From Candidatus Lustribacter sp. (GTDB lineage: Bacteria; Vulcanimicrobiota; Vulcanimicrobiia; Vulcanimicrobiales; Vulcanimicrobiaceae), in NCBI GenBank assembly GCA_965277805.1, contig OZ255842.1, forward strand, positions 896,001 through 960,000: a stretch of 64,000 nucleotides of DNA, read 5' to 3'. The position numbers were made by a program, and so were the translations under genes. Below the pieces are notes generated by a model. It worked only from the letters and a program-made list of their open reading frames with translations. It was not told where the DNA came from and made no database searches. Below, one piece after another: positions 38,001 through 48,426 of the stretch. Positions within the stretch are counted from its first letter, which is position 1. Every line of letters starts with the position of its first letter.

Positions 38001-39680
38001 TTGGATCGTATAGGTTCTTCGTTCGGATCGTTTAGCGGTCGAGTACGCGACATATGGTCGTCGCAAGGTCCAGCGAACCGGATGATCATCGGAGCGCTCG
38101 GCGTTGTGATCATCGTCGGCATCGTGTTTTTCGGCTTTACGCGCTTTCGTCCGACGTCGTACTCGGTATTATTTTCGAACCTTGCGCCCGACGATGCCAG
38201 CGCCGTCGTAGCGAAGCTCGACGCGCAAAAGATTCCGCACAAGCTTTCCGCCGACGGCACGACGGTTTACGTTCCGTCCGACGTCGTTGCCGACGAACGC
38301 GTCTCGCTCGCCGGCGACGGCACGGTCAAAGGCGGCGGTACCGGCTTCGAGTTGTTCGATCGTACGAACCTCGGCATGACCGACACGCAAGAGAAGATCG
38401 CGAAGATCCGCGCGACCGAAGGCGAGCTGCAGCGCACGATCGGCGGACTCACGCCGGTTGAATCGGCGCGCGTTCACCTCGCGGTTCCCGATGCAACGCT
38501 CTATTCGACAACCCAAGAACCGACCACGGCGTCGGTCGCGGTCCGCACGAAACCCGGCGAGACGCTCTCGCCGCAGGAAGTCCGCGGCATCACGCAGCTC
38601 GTCTCCGGTGCGGTCGAAGGACTGCATCCCGAAAACGTTACGATCGTCAATCAGGACGGCACGGTGCTCGTGCCCTCGCCGTCGACAACCGGTCCCGACG
38701 GAACGCAGACCGCCGACGCGCTGAAGATGACGTCGGATCAGCTCGTGGCCAAACAGCGCTACGAAACGAACCTGCAAGAAAATATTCAAGGGTTGCTCGA
38801 TGCGGCCATCGGTTCGAAGCGCTCGGCCGTGCGCGTTGCAACCGACATGGACTTCGATGCCGGTCAGACCGACACCGAATCCTACGCGCCCAACGGCACC
38901 GTGCGTTCGTCGCAGACCGAACGCGAAGCGTTCCAGGGCACCGGCGGCGCTGCGCGTCAGCCGCCCATCGGCGTTCCCGGTACGACGACGAACGCGGTCC
39001 CGACCTATCAGGGCGTTGCGCAGAACACCGGCAACAGCAAGTACACGAAGTCGAAGACGACGACCAACTACGAGATCACGAAGACCACCGCGAAGCACAT
39101 CAACGCGCCCGGTAAGGTGACGCGCGAGTCGGTCGCGGTGCTGGTCAACGTTCCGAACGCCGCCGTCGCCCCGCCGCCGGGCGGTGGACCCGCAGCCGTT
39201 ACCGCGGCCAACTATACCGTCTCCGCCGCCGACGTCGCGAAGATCCGCAACGTCGTCGCAGCCGCCGCCGGCATCGATCCGACCCGGGGCGACGTCGTCT
39301 CGGTCGAGGCGATTCCGTTCGCGCCGCCGCCGGCCAGCGGCGTCGTCGCCCCGACCACGATCCTTGGTATCCCGGTCTCGGCGCTCATCGCCATCGCCGT
39401 GGTGCTCTTGCTGGCTGGTGCCGGCGCCGTCGCCCTCTCGCTCCGCCGCCGCGCGGTGCTGGCCACGACGGTCGACCTCCCATCGTTCGACTCGGCACTG
39501 GCCGACGAGCTGCCGTCCTTCGAAGAGCATCCGATGCTCGAAGGTTCGCCGGTCGTCGCCGCGCCGATCCGTTCCGCAGCCGATCTGACGCGCGAGCAAA
39601 TGATCGAATACGTGACGACCGTCGCGCAAGAAAACCCGGACAGTCTCGCCAAACTCGTCAAACTGTGGCTGGCGGAGTAA
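38001..39680 (+). CDS. fliF: Flagellar MS-ring protein (start uncertain)
   Basis: YSVLFSNL, GFELFD, EGELQRTI, ARVHL and NYEI; two TM helices. Confidence 0.93.
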   Translation: MDRIGSSFGSFSGRVRDIWSSQGPANRMIIGALGVVIIVGIVFFGFTRFRPTSYSVLFSNLAPDDASAVVAKLDAQKIPHKLSADGTTVYVPSDVVADERVSLAGDGTVKGGGTGFELFDRTNLGMTDTQEKIAKIRATEGELQRTIGGLTPVESARVHLAVPDATLYSTTQEPTTASVAVRTKPGETLSPQEVRGITQLVSGAVEGLHPENVTIVNQDGTVLVPSPSTTGPDGTQTADALKMTSDQLVAKQRYETNLQENIQGLLDAAIGSKRSAVRVATDMDFDAGQTDTESYAPNGTVRSSQTEREAFQGTGGAARQPPIGVPGTTTNAVPTYQGVAQNTGNSKYTKSKTTTNYEITKTTAKHINAPGKVTRESVAVLVNVPNAAVAPPPGGGPAAVTAANYTVSAADVAKIRNVVAAAAGIDPTRGDVVSVEAIPFAPPPASGVVAPTTILGIPVSALIAIAVVLLLAGAGAVALSLRRRAVLATTVDLPSFDSALADELPSFEEHPMLEGSPVVAAPIRSAADLTREQMIEYVTTVAQENPDSLAKLVKLWLAE

Positions 39681-39688
39681 GCTAACCT

Positions 39689-40774
39689 GTGATTACCGAC
39701 AAGCCGATTATCGGGGCCGTGGGCGCGGGGGCATCCCCCGCGAAACCGACCTATCAGTTCGAGAACCCGGCTGTTCCCGAGATGACGGGTCCCGAAAAAG
39801 CAGCAATCCTCATGATCACGCTGGGCCTGGAGATCTCGTCAACGATCTTCAAGTTCTTGCGTCAGGACGAAGTCGAAACGATCGTCCTCGAGATCGCGAA
39901 GATCTCGACGGTTCCGATCGACAAACGCGACGCGGTCATCACCGAAGCCTACCAGCGCGCCATCGCCCTCAAGTACATCAACGAGGGCGGCATCGAGTAC
40001 GCCAAGGAAATTCTCGAGCGTTCGTTCGGCGCCGGCCAAGCCGACGACATGACGAACCGGTTGTTCGCTGCCCTCAAGCACGGCAACCCGCTCGAACTCG
40101 TCAAGAAAACGGAACCGGGCCAACTGCTCGAGTTCATCCGCGAAGAACATCCGCAGACGATCGCGCTCATCCTCGTCTATATGGCGCCGGAGCAAGCGGG
40201 TATCGTGCTCTCGCAGCTCGAGCCCGAGTTGCAGGCCGACGTCGCGATGCGCATCGCGATCTTGCAGAAGACCGCGCCTGAAGTGCTCGAACAGCTCGAC
40301 GAGTTGCTCGGCCGCCGGCTGCTGGTCACCGGCGCCGACTTCACCAAAGCCGGCGGCGTCCAATCGCTCGCGCAGCTCATGGGCTTCGTCGATCGCGAAA
40401 CGGAAAAGAACATCCTCGACGGTCTCGCCAAACGCGATCCCGAAATCGCCGAAGAAGTCAAGAACCTGCTCTTCGTCTTCGAAGACATCATCAACCTCGA
40501 CGATCGCGCCATCCAGCGCATCCTCAAGGAAGTCGAAGCGAAGGATCTCGCGCTCGCGCTCAAGACCGCGAACGATGAGCTGCTGCAGCGCGTCTACAAG
40601 AACATGTCGACGCGCGCCGCATCGACCTTACGCGAAGATATCGAAGTGCTCGGTCCGGTTCGCATGCGAGAAGTCGGCAAGGCGCAGCAGAATATCGTCG
40701 ACGTAATCCGCACGCTCGAGGAGAACGGACAGATCATCATCTCGCGCGGCGGCAAAGAAGAGCGCCTCGTTTAA
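39689..40774 (+). CDS. fliG: Flagellar motor switch protein
   Basis: KAAILMI.LG, GGIEYA, EHPQTIA, FVFEDI and NMSTRA. Confidence 0.96.
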   Translation: MITDKPIIGAVGAGASPAKPTYQFENPAVPEMTGPEKAAILMITLGLEISSTIFKFLRQDEVETIVLEIAKISTVPIDKRDAVITEAYQRAIALKYINEGGIEYAKEILERSFGAGQADDMTNRLFAALKHGNPLELVKKTEPGQLLEFIREEHPQTIALILVYMAPEQAGIVLSQLEPELQADVAMRIAILQKTAPEVLEQLDELLGRRLLVTGADFTKAGGVQSLAQLMGFVDRETEKNILDGLAKRDPEIAEEVKNLLFVFEDIINLDDRAIQRILKEVEAKDLALALKTANDELLQRVYKNMSTRAASTLREDIEVLGPVRMREVGKAQQNIVDVIRTLEENGQIIISRGGKEERLV

Positions 40775-40801
40775 TATGGCGACCGCGAGCACTGTGTAGT
40801 T

Positions 40802-41650
40802 ATGGGCCGCGTCGTCAAGAACGCGCGCGTCAACACGCAGCGCTATCAAGTTGCCGTTCCGCAAGTCGAACGTCCCGCCGGTTCCGACGACGAGACCTAC
40901 CTCGCGCCGCAGTTCGACGACCACTCCGATCTGCTCGAGCTGCCCTCGCCCCAATCGCCGCCGATCGACGTCGACGCGATTGCGAAACAAGCGCGCGAAC
41001 TGATCGATACCGCCGAACAGCACGCGAAGTCCCTGCTCCAAGACGCGTTCGAACGCGCCTCGCAACTGCTGGCTGAAGCGGGCGAACGCGGCGATGCGCT
41101 GGTCGAAAAAGTTCAGGCCGATGCGCGCAGCGCCGGTCATGCCGAAGGCTCGGCCGCGGCCGAGCGCGAGATGAGCGACATGATGGCGACGATGCGCAAT
41201 CTCGTCGACATGGCACGCGTCGAACGCCACAAACTCATGGAGAGTGCCGAACCCGAACTCGTGCGCCTCGCCGTCGGCATCGCCGAACGCGTGCTGCATC
41301 AGCAGATCGCCCTCGACCGCGGCGTCGTCGTCGAGATGGCGCGCGTGGCGATCGGGCGTCTAGTGGAAAAAGAGTCGGTTACCGTGCGCGTCAATCCGGG
41401 CGATCTCGAACGGATGCGCGAGCATCGCGATGAGCTGCTCAGCAACGGCGAAATCAAGAATTTCCGCGTGATCGAAGATCAGCGCGTCGACCGTGGCGGC
41501 GTCGTGGTCGAGACCGACGGCGGGACGATCGATGCGCGTATTTCGACGCAGTTGAACGAGGCCAAGCGCGTGTTGCACATCGAGGACGAAGTCGTCGTCG
41601 CGCCGGCAACCAACGGCGAATCGAGCTTGCGCGCCGCGCGCGCGTCGTAG
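40802..41650 (+). CDS. fliH: Flagellar assembly protein
   Basis: Coiled coil, VRVNPGD and GGVVVETDGGTIDA; lies between fliG and fliI. Confidence 0.9.
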   Translation: MGRVVKNARVNTQRYQVAVPQVERPAGSDDETYLAPQFDDHSDLLELPSPQSPPIDVDAIAKQARELIDTAEQHAKSLLQDAFERASQLLAEAGERGDALVEKVQADARSAGHAEGSAAAEREMSDMMATMRNLVDMARVERHKLMESAEPELVRLAVGIAERVLHQQIALDRGVVVEMARVAIGRLVEKESVTVRVNPGDLERMREHRDELLSNGEIKNFRVIEDQRVDRGGVVVETDGGTIDARISTQLNEAKRVLHIEDEVVVAPATNGESSLRAARAS

Positions 41651-41655
41651 CTCTC

Positions 41656-42993
41656 GTGCAAACCGAAGAAGACGTCACGGGCACGGCGCCGTTTGACGCG
41701 GAGCGCTATCTCACGACGCTTCGGGCGGCGGATTTGCTGCGCACGAACGGCAAGGTGCGTCAAGTCATCGGCACCGTGATCGAATCGAACGGCCCGCCGA
41801 TGTCGATCGGCGAGACCGCGAACATCATCTACCGCCGCGCATCGGACCCGGTGCTCTCCGAAGCGGTCGGCTTCCGCGATTCCAAAGTGCTATTGATGCC
41901 GCTGGGCGAGCTGGGCGGCATCGCCGCCGGTTCCGACGTCGTTGCGCTTGGCCATCCGCTGCAGATCGGCTTGACCTCGGCGCTGCTCGGCCGCGTGCTC
42001 GACGGTTTGGGCCACCCGATCGACGGCCTCGGCCGCATCGACGATGCGGTGCCGGCCGAAATCACCGGCGTGCCGCCCAATGCTCTGCGCCGCCGGCGCG
42101 TCACCGAACCGCTCGGCATGGGCGTGCGCGCGATCGACGGCCTGCTCACCTGCGGCAAGGGCCAGCGCGTCGGTATCTTCTCCGGCAGCGGCGTCGGCAA
42201 ATCGACGCTGCTGGGCATGATCGCGCGCAATACGACGGCCGATGTGAACGTGATCGCGCTGGTCGGCGAACGCGGTAAGGAAGTTCGCGACTTCATCGAA
42301 CGCGATCTCGGCGAAGCCGGGTTGAAGCGTTCGATCGTCATCGTCGCCACCAGCGATCAGCCGGCGCTCGTGCGCATCAAGGCCGCCTACGTTGCGACGC
42401 GCATCGCCGAGTTCTTCCGCGACGCCGGACTCGACGTGATGTTGATGATGGACAGCGTCACCCGCTTTGCGATGGCGCAGCGCGAGGTCGGCCTCGCGAT
42501 CGGCGAGCCGACGACCACGCGCGGCTACACGCCCTCGGTGTTCGCCGCGTTGCCGAAGCTGCTCGAGCGCGCCGGCACTTCGGAAACCGGCACGATCACC
42601 GCCCTTTACAGCGTGCTCGTCGAAGGCGACGACATGAACGAGCCCGTCGCCGACGCCGTGCGCGCGATCCTCGACGGCCACATCGTGCTCTCGCGCCGGA
42701 TGGCGTCGGCCAACCACTTCCCCGCCATCGACGTACTCTCGAGCGTAAGCCGCGTGATGCCCGACGTCACCTCCGACGCGCACTTCGCCGCGGCTTCGAA
42801 AGTGCGCGACATGCTCGCGACCTACCGCGAAGCGGAAGACTTGATCAACATCGGCGCGTACGTGGCCGGCTCGAATCCGCGCGTCGACCTCGCGATCGCG
42901 CGTAACGAAACGATCCGCTCGTTCACCCGTCAAGGCATCTACGAAGTCTCGACGTTGGACGAAGCGCAACGCGCCGTCACGGCGCTCGGATAG
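41656..42993 (+). CDS. fliI: Flagellar export ATPase
   Basis: GSGVGKST, GERGKEV, DSVTRFAMAQRE and LDGHIVLSR. Confidence 0.96.
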   Translation: MQTEEDVTGTAPFDAERYLTTLRAADLLRTNGKVRQVIGTVIESNGPPMSIGETANIIYRRASDPVLSEAVGFRDSKVLLMPLGELGGIAAGSDVVALGHPLQIGLTSALLGRVLDGLGHPIDGLGRIDDAVPAEITGVPPNALRRRRVTEPLGMGVRAIDGLLTCGKGQRVGIFSGSGVGKSTLLGMIARNTTADVNVIALVGERGKEVRDFIERDLGEAGLKRSIVIVATSDQPALVRIKAAYVATRIAEFFRDAGLDVMLMMDSVTRFAMAQREVGLAIGEPTTTRGYTPSVFAALPKLLERAGTSETGTITALYSVLVEGDDMNEPVADAVRAILDGHIVLSRRMASANHFPAIDVLSSVSRVMPDVTSDAHFAAASKVRDMLATYREAEDLINIGAYVAGSNPRVDLAIARNETIRSFTRQGIYEVSTLDEAQRAVTALG

Positions 42994-42999
42994 CACGCC

Positions 43000-43464
43000 G
43001 TGGCTAAGTTCAATTTTCGGCTCGATCCCGTCCTCGACTTCCGGCAGCGCTTGGAAGACGAACAGCAGATCGTTCTGGCGGCAGCCGTTTCGGCGCTGCG
43101 CGCGGCCGAAGCGCAACGCGACGACTACGTCCAGCGCCGTCAGGAAATGCGCTCGCGCCTGCTCCTCCACCACGGGGAGATGGAGAGCGTGGAACTGCGC
43201 GCGACCTACGCGCACTGCGATTTTCTCGATCGCTCGATCGTCGCGCAGCAGAAAGTCGTCGACGCGGCCAAGGCCAAAGCCGACCAAGAGCGCGCCAAAC
43301 TCGTCGTCAAGACCAAGGACAAGAAAGTGCTCTCGGTGCTGAAAGACCGGCGCCGCGAGAGCTTCGACTCCGAAGCCGCCGCAAGCGAACAGCGGGAGAA
43401 CGACGAGATCAACTCCCGCTACTACGACCGCCTCACACCCACCACCGGGGAGATTCCGTCATGA
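43000..43464 (+). CDS. fliJ: Flagellar export chaperone
   Basis: FNFRLDPVL start, coiled coil, EQRENDE end; follows fliI. Confidence 0.88.
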   Translation: MAKFNFRLDPVLDFRQRLEDEQQIVLAAAVSALRAAEAQRDDYVQRRQEMRSRLLLHHGEMESVELRATYAHCDFLDRSIVAQQKVVDAAKAKADQERAKLVVKTKDKKVLSVLKDRRRESFDSEAAASEQRENDEINSRYYDRLTPTTGEIPS

Positions 43465-44120
43465 TCGTCACGCGCCAGCGAAAGAAGAAGCAGAGCAACC
43501 TGCCGATCCTGCTGCCGATTGCCGCGATCGCTATGCTGGCGATCGCGCTGACCTGGCCGCCGTCGCGCAACTTCATCACGAACGGGCCGCTCAAGCCGGT
43601 CGCGACCGTCTTCGACGGGGTCTGGGGAACGGTGTCCCGGCCGCTGAGCTTCGCCTACCAGCAGCAGCAGATCACCGATCGCAACCAGTCGATCAAGGCC
43701 CTCAACGACAAGCTCGAGGCGGACCGCAAGGCCCAAGACGACAAGGACACCCAGATCGCGCAGCTCCAGAAGCAAATCGCCGCCGCCAATGCCGAGCCCG
43801 AGCCGACCACGGCCCCGGCGGGTCCGATCGCCGGTCAGCCGGCCGGAGCCCCCGCTGCCGCCGGCGGCGCTGCCGGTAGTGCGAGCCAGCCGGCGGCCTC
43901 GGATGCCGTCCGCCGCGACGCCCAGCAGTGGTCGGCGATGGACCCGGAGACCGCCGCCGCCCTCGTCCAGAAGCTGCCGACCGGCTTCGTTTCGACCGTT
44001 TTCGCCCAGATGTCGCCCGACTCGGTCGGCCCCATCATGGACGCTCTGCCGCCCAAAGTTGCCGCCCTGATCGTCGAAAGCGGCACCAACCCTCAGATTT
44101 CGGCTCAACCGGGCCGATAA
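43461..44120 (+). CDS. YlxF/MotE-like flagellar protein
   Basis: TM, coiled coil, then WSAMDPETAAAL..MSPD..IMDALPP..AA; lies between fliJ and fliK. Confidence 0.7.
   Translation: MIVTRQRKKKQSNLPILLPIAAIAMLAIALTWPPSRNFITNGPLKPVATVFDGVWGTVSRPLSFAYQQQQITDRNQSIKALNDKLEADRKAQDDKDTQIAQLQKQIAAANAEPEPTTAPAGPIAGQPAGAPAAAGGAAGSASQPAASDAVRRDAQQWSAMDPETAAALVQKLPTGFVSTVFAQMSPDSVGPIMDALPPKVAALIVESGTNPQISAQPGR
44093..44120 (+). promoter_or_regulatory. Candidate sigma-28 promoter upstream of fliK
   Basis: TCAG-N16-GCCGATAA (perfect -10, weak -35); overlaps the upstream stop codon. Confidence 0.5.
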
Positions 44121-44192
44121 ACAGGATAGCCGGCCTCGCACGGCCTTTTGCCGTTGCCCGCCGGACTCTCCATAGATGAAAGGAGGTGAAGA

Positions 44193-45923
44193 ATGAATCC
44201 AATTATCGCAGCCCTAGTCACCCCCTCAACCGGAACCTCGGGAACGTCTGCGTCGACACCGTCGACACCGGCGCAACCGCCATCACCCGCGGATGCCTCA
44301 TCGGCCGCGCAATTCAAGTCGCAGTTCGATCAAGCCGTCGCGGCGTTGGAAAACTCCGGGTCAACCACGTCAGGAAACACCGCCGCCACGAGCGGAGCGC
44401 AAGCTTCGACCGCCGGTTCAACGGTGCAATCTGCCGTCGCTGCCGACATGCTGCAGGAAGCACTTCAAAAGAAGATCGCTGACTTGCTCGCAAAGGGGGA
44501 AACGGTTTCGGAAATCGTCCAACAGCTCGCAGCCTCGCTCGCAAGTACATTTGCGCAGCAATTCGGCGGCGATCCGGCGGCGATCCAAAGCCAATTGCAA
44601 CAGGCATTCACGACGGCGCTCAACCTGCCGACATCGACAGGACCGCCGCTCTCGAACGCCGATCTTGCATCGGCCCTCGCACAACAGTTTCGGCAAGTAG
44701 CCGATGTTGCGGCGGGGGTGCTCGGTGAGACGGGGCAATCGAATCGACTATTCGCAGGAAGTAACTCGGACGCGGCAACCACCGCGGGAGTGCAACCGGC
44801 CCCACAAACATCCGATAACAACCCAACATCGGCCGATTCGATCGCGAATGACGCTGCGGCGTTACTCGCATCTCTCACCGCATCTCAAGGCGACGGCAAA
44901 ACCGTCGCAACCAACGGCGCACCGGTCGTCGGTTCGAACGGGGACACCCTGCTCGGCCGCATTCTCGCGCGCGCGTCTCAGTCGTCGCAAACGTCGACCG
45001 GGTCGCAAGCGGCAGACGCCTCTGCACCGGGATCACTAAGCCTCACGGTTTCGGCTCTCGCCCAAGCGGCGGCAGCGCTCGATACCAGTGCGGCAAACAC
45101 CCCCGTCGCTACCGACTCGTCGGTCGCGGCAATTCAGCGCGCCGTTGCCAACGCCGAGGCGCAGTCCGTCGTGAACTCCGGTTCCACGCCGGCGACCACC
45201 TCAACATCCGCAACGCCGCCGGCCCTCAGTCCGGCCGTCCTGGCTTTCGTCAAGGCCTTCAGCGACGCAATCGCATCAACGAGTGCGGCGCCCGCAGCCA
45301 AGACCAATGCCGGCGACAACGACCCGGCCTCGCTCCTCCAGACCACCGACTTGTCCTCGCAAGCCCCGACGATCGGCGCATTCGCGTCCGTCCAAGGTGC
45401 CGTGCAGAACGATGCGGTGTCGACGGATGGTTCGCAAAGCCCAGCCCCGCTACCGTCGCAGACGACGGTGGATCCCAACCTCGTCGTCGGTCAACTCCTG
45501 CACGGCTTGTCTCTCAACACGGTCGACACAACGTCCACCGTGCGGATGCGGCTCGTGCCCGAAGAACTCGGCGACGTCAGCGTCAAGCTCACCATCGAAG
45601 GCAACTCGGTTTCCGCGCAAGTTATGGCGCAGACGCCGGCCGCTCACGATGCGCTCGTCGCCGGACAAGGACAGCTCGCCCGTGCGTTCGAGGACGCCGG
45701 CTTGAAGCTCACGAGCTTCAACGTCGACCTCGCCGGCGGATTCGCCAGCTTCCAACAACAGCAGCAACAGCAATCGTCTCAACAAGGCGCGTCCAACGGA
45801 CGCCCCCTACTCGGCGGAGTCGATACGCCCGAGACGGACGATGCCTCGCTGGTGGCCGCGCCCAACTTCGGTCCGCCGGTTTTGGCGGGCGTAAGCTGGA
45901 GCGCTCTCAACTACCTAGCCTAG
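44193..45923 (+). CDS. fliK: Flagellar hook-length control protein
   Basis: AGGAGG RBS; Ser/Thr/Ala-rich; RLVPEELGDVSV..L.RAFEDAGL domain; LNYLA end; precedes flgD. Confidence 0.88.
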   Translation: MNPIIAALVTPSTGTSGTSASTPSTPAQPPSPADASSAAQFKSQFDQAVAALENSGSTTSGNTAATSGAQASTAGSTVQSAVAADMLQEALQKKIADLLAKGETVSEIVQQLAASLASTFAQQFGGDPAAIQSQLQQAFTTALNLPTSTGPPLSNADLASALAQQFRQVADVAAGVLGETGQSNRLFAGSNSDAATTAGVQPAPQTSDNNPTSADSIANDAAALLASLTASQGDGKTVATNGAPVVGSNGDTLLGRILARASQSSQTSTGSQAADASAPGSLSLTVSALAQAAAALDTSAANTPVATDSSVAAIQRAVANAEAQSVVNSGSTPATTSTSATPPALSPAVLAFVKAFSDAIASTSAAPAAKTNAGDNDPASLLQTTDLSSQAPTIGAFASVQGAVQNDAVSTDGSQSPAPLPSQTTVDPNLVVGQLLHGLSLNTVDTTSTVRMRLVPEELGDVSVKLTIEGNSVSAQVMAQTPAAHDALVAGQGQLARAFEDAGLKLTSFNVDLAGGFASFQQQQQQQSSQQGASNGRPLLGGVDTPETDDASLVAAPNFGPPVLAGVSWSALNYLA

Positions 45924-45932
45924 GAGCAACTC

Positions 45933-46430
45933 ATGGCAACAACTTCGGGTGTTTCTTCGGGACTTCCGATTGCCAAGCTGATTAACAACGGCACCACAAC
46001 CGGAACCTCGTCATCGTCGACATCAGCTGATGCCGGTATCACGAGCCAACTCGGGCCAAGTGCTTTTCTGCAACTGCTCACAACGCAGCTGTCGAATCAA
46101 GATCCGCTCAATCCCATGGACGACACTCAGTCCGTCTCCCAGCTCGCGCAATTCTCTGCGTTGCAGGCAAGCGACAATCTCGAAACGTCGTTTTCCAACT
46201 TCCAGTCGAACTTCGCGGTACTGCAGTCCTCACAGCTCATCGGTCAAACCGTTACCGTCAATTCCACGGATGCCACGGGCAACTCGTCGTCTATCACGGG
46301 TACCGTCGCGGGAATTTCGGTCGTCAACGGCGTGCCGCAGATGACGCTTGAGAACAACGGAACCGTCGTAACGGGTACCAACGGTGCCCCGATTACCTTC
46401 ACCACGTCTCAAATCACGGGTATCCAATAA
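45933..46430 (+). CDS. flgD: Hook capping protein
   Basis: FLQLLTTQLSNQDPLNPMD..SQLAQFS. Confidence 0.95.
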   Translation: MATTSGVSSGLPIAKLINNGTTTGTSSSSTSADAGITSQLGPSAFLQLLTTQLSNQDPLNPMDDTQSVSQLAQFSALQASDNLETSFSNFQSNFAVLQSSQLIGQTVTVNSTDATGNSSSITGTVAGISVVNGVPQMTLENNGTVVTGTNGAPITFTTSQITGIQ

Positions 46431-46432
46431 TC

Positions 46433-46828
46433 GTGGATCCCATAACAGACGGCGTCCAGATCCCGCCGTCAGTCGCACCTGTACGACCGCAAGGCACGCC
46501 CGTACAAATCCCGCCCACAATCGGGCCGGGGTTCCGGGATGTACTGCGCGAGACGGTTGCGCCCAGCAGTCAGCCGCTCAAGTTCTCAGCACACGCGATG
46601 CAACGTCTCCAATCGCGCAACATCACCCTCAGCACCGACGATGTGGACCGCATGAACCAGATGGCCGACAAGGCCGCTGCCAAAGGGTCCAAGCAGTCGC
46701 TGTTCATGATGGGCGATACCGCGATGGTGGTCAGCATCAAAAACCGTGTGGTGATCACCGCGGTCGACTCTGATTCGATGAAGGAGAACGTGTTCACCAA
46801 CATCGACTCGGCGGCGATTATCAAGTGA
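46433..46828 (+). CDS. Flagellar operon protein (TIGR02530 type)
   Basis: LKFSAHAMQRLQSRNI and ENVFTNIDSA. Confidence 0.9.
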   Translation: MDPITDGVQIPPSVAPVRPQGTPVQIPPTIGPGFRDVLRETVAPSSQPLKFSAHAMQRLQSRNITLSTDDVDRMNQMADKAAAKGSKQSLFMMGDTAMVVSIKNRVVITAVDSDSMKENVFTNIDSAAIIK

Positions 46829-46843
46829 CTCACTATTCACTCC

Positions 46844-46899
46844 GGAAGCGGACCGAAGGTTCGGAGCTTCCCGCGGGACCGATCGAAAGACGTCTCGCG
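46844..46899 (+). ncRNA. Candidate two-hairpin cis-regulatory RNA in the flgE leader
   Basis: GGAAGC/GCTTCC stem with inner GGACC/GGTTC; adjacent CGCGGGAC/GTCTCGCG stem capped by TC-GAAA-GA. Confidence 0.45.
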
Positions 46900-46919
46900 A
46901 CCCTAATGAAAGCAAACTA

Positions 46920-48416
46920 ATGGCCAACGATTCGTTGTTCATTGGCGTTAGCGGTTTAACGGCATACCAGAACCAGATTGACGTCATCTCGAACAACATC
47001 GCGAACGTCGGCACGACTGGCTATAAAGGCCAAGATGTCGACTTCCAAGACCTCCTGTATCAAAACCTCGGATTTGCATCGGCGCCCACCTCGACGCACG
47101 GCGGCATCAACGCCGAGCAGCAGGGTGACGGCGTTAAAATCGGTTCGATTGACACCAGCTTCACGCAAGGCGGCTTGCAGACGACCGGCGTCAACACGAA
47201 CCTCGCCATCAACGGCAACGGCTTCTTCGCCCTGAACAACATCAACGGCAGCGGAAGCACGACCTATACGCGTGACGGCGACTTCTCGCTCAACGAGAGC
47301 GGTTATCTCTATAGCCCCGCCAACGGTCTGGCCGTGTTGGGCTATCCCGTGGGACCCGGCGGAACGATCTCGCAAGTTGCGCCCCCGCAACCGATCCAGA
47401 TCCCGTTCGGCCTCAAGTCGATCGCGGTCGGTACCGGCTTCGGAGCGAAGTCCGGTCCGACGACGGACAACGTGTACGACGTCTCGCTCGGGGGCAACCT
47501 CGATCAGACCGACTACATCACGGCCGTCTCGAGCAACAGCGCGAACATCATCGCGACGACGATCACGACGACCGTGTACGATTCGCTGGGCGGACCGCAC
47601 GAAGTCCAGATCACCTACCAGCCGGATCCCCCGGTTGCCAACGGTGGTACCGGTATCGTCGAACCCGGAACGACTGTGGTCAACGCCGCCGGCGTTGCGG
47701 TCACGGCCGCTACCGAGTTCAAGTTCACCGTGACGTCGACGGACGGTTCGACCAACGGTGCACAACCGAACCTCGGTACCGGGTACATCTTCTTCGATCA
47801 AAACGGACAGTTCATCAACACGTCGTCAACGCCAATCCCGGGCGCCGGCACCACGCACGTGGCGCAAGCGGCTCCGAGTACGGCAACCGGCGACCTCTTC
47901 ACGGTGACGCGTTGGGGCACGCCGAGCGGCGCGAACAACGCATCGCCGGTCGGTGCCGGTACGGCCAATCCGGCCGACATCGGCCTCGACTTCTCGAACA
48001 TGACCAGCCTCAACTCATCTGCCACCGCCAACACGGTTTCGCAGAATGGGTACGGACCGGGTATTCTCTCGAATATGACGATCGGCCAAGACGGCACGAT
48101 CACCGGTGCGTTCACTAACGGCCAAAACCAAACGTTGGGTCGGCTCGCGCTGGCAACTTTCGGCAACGAAGGCGGCTTGACGCGACTCGGGGGCAACCAA
48201 TTCGCAACGTCGGCCAACTCTGGGCTCGCCCAGTACGGCTTTGCGAATCAGGCTGACTTCGGCAGCATCGATTCGGGTTCGCTCGAACAGTCCAACGTCT
48301 CGATCGCGAGTGAGTTCACGAAAATGATCATGGCTCAGCGCGCATTCGAGGCCAACGGCAAGAGCATCACGACCGCAGATCAAGATCTGCAGACCGTGAT
48401 CGGGCTCAAGCAGTAG
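46920..48416 (+). CDS. flgE: Flagellar hook protein
   Basis: SGL..Q..DVISNNIANV.T.GYK, YTRDGDF, VYDSLG and LEQSNV..EFTKMI.AQRAFEAN. Confidence 0.95.
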   Translation: MANDSLFIGVSGLTAYQNQIDVISNNIANVGTTGYKGQDVDFQDLLYQNLGFASAPTSTHGGINAEQQGDGVKIGSIDTSFTQGGLQTTGVNTNLAINGNGFFALNNINGSGSTTYTRDGDFSLNESGYLYSPANGLAVLGYPVGPGGTISQVAPPQPIQIPFGLKSIAVGTGFGAKSGPTTDNVYDVSLGGNLDQTDYITAVSSNSANIIATTITTTVYDSLGGPHEVQITYQPDPPVANGGTGIVEPGTTVVNAAGVAVTAATEFKFTVTSTDGSTNGAQPNLGTGYIFFDQNGQFINTSSTPIPGAGTTHVAQAAPSTATGDLFTVTRWGTPSGANNASPVGAGTANPADIGLDFSNMTSLNSSATANTVSQNGYGPGILSNMTIGQDGTITGAFTNGQNQTLGRLALATFGNEGGLTRLGGNQFATSANSGLAQYGFANQADFGSIDSGSLEQSNVSIASEFTKMIMAQRAFEANGKSITTADQDLQTVIGLKQ

Positions 48417-48426
48417 GTTCACTTCC

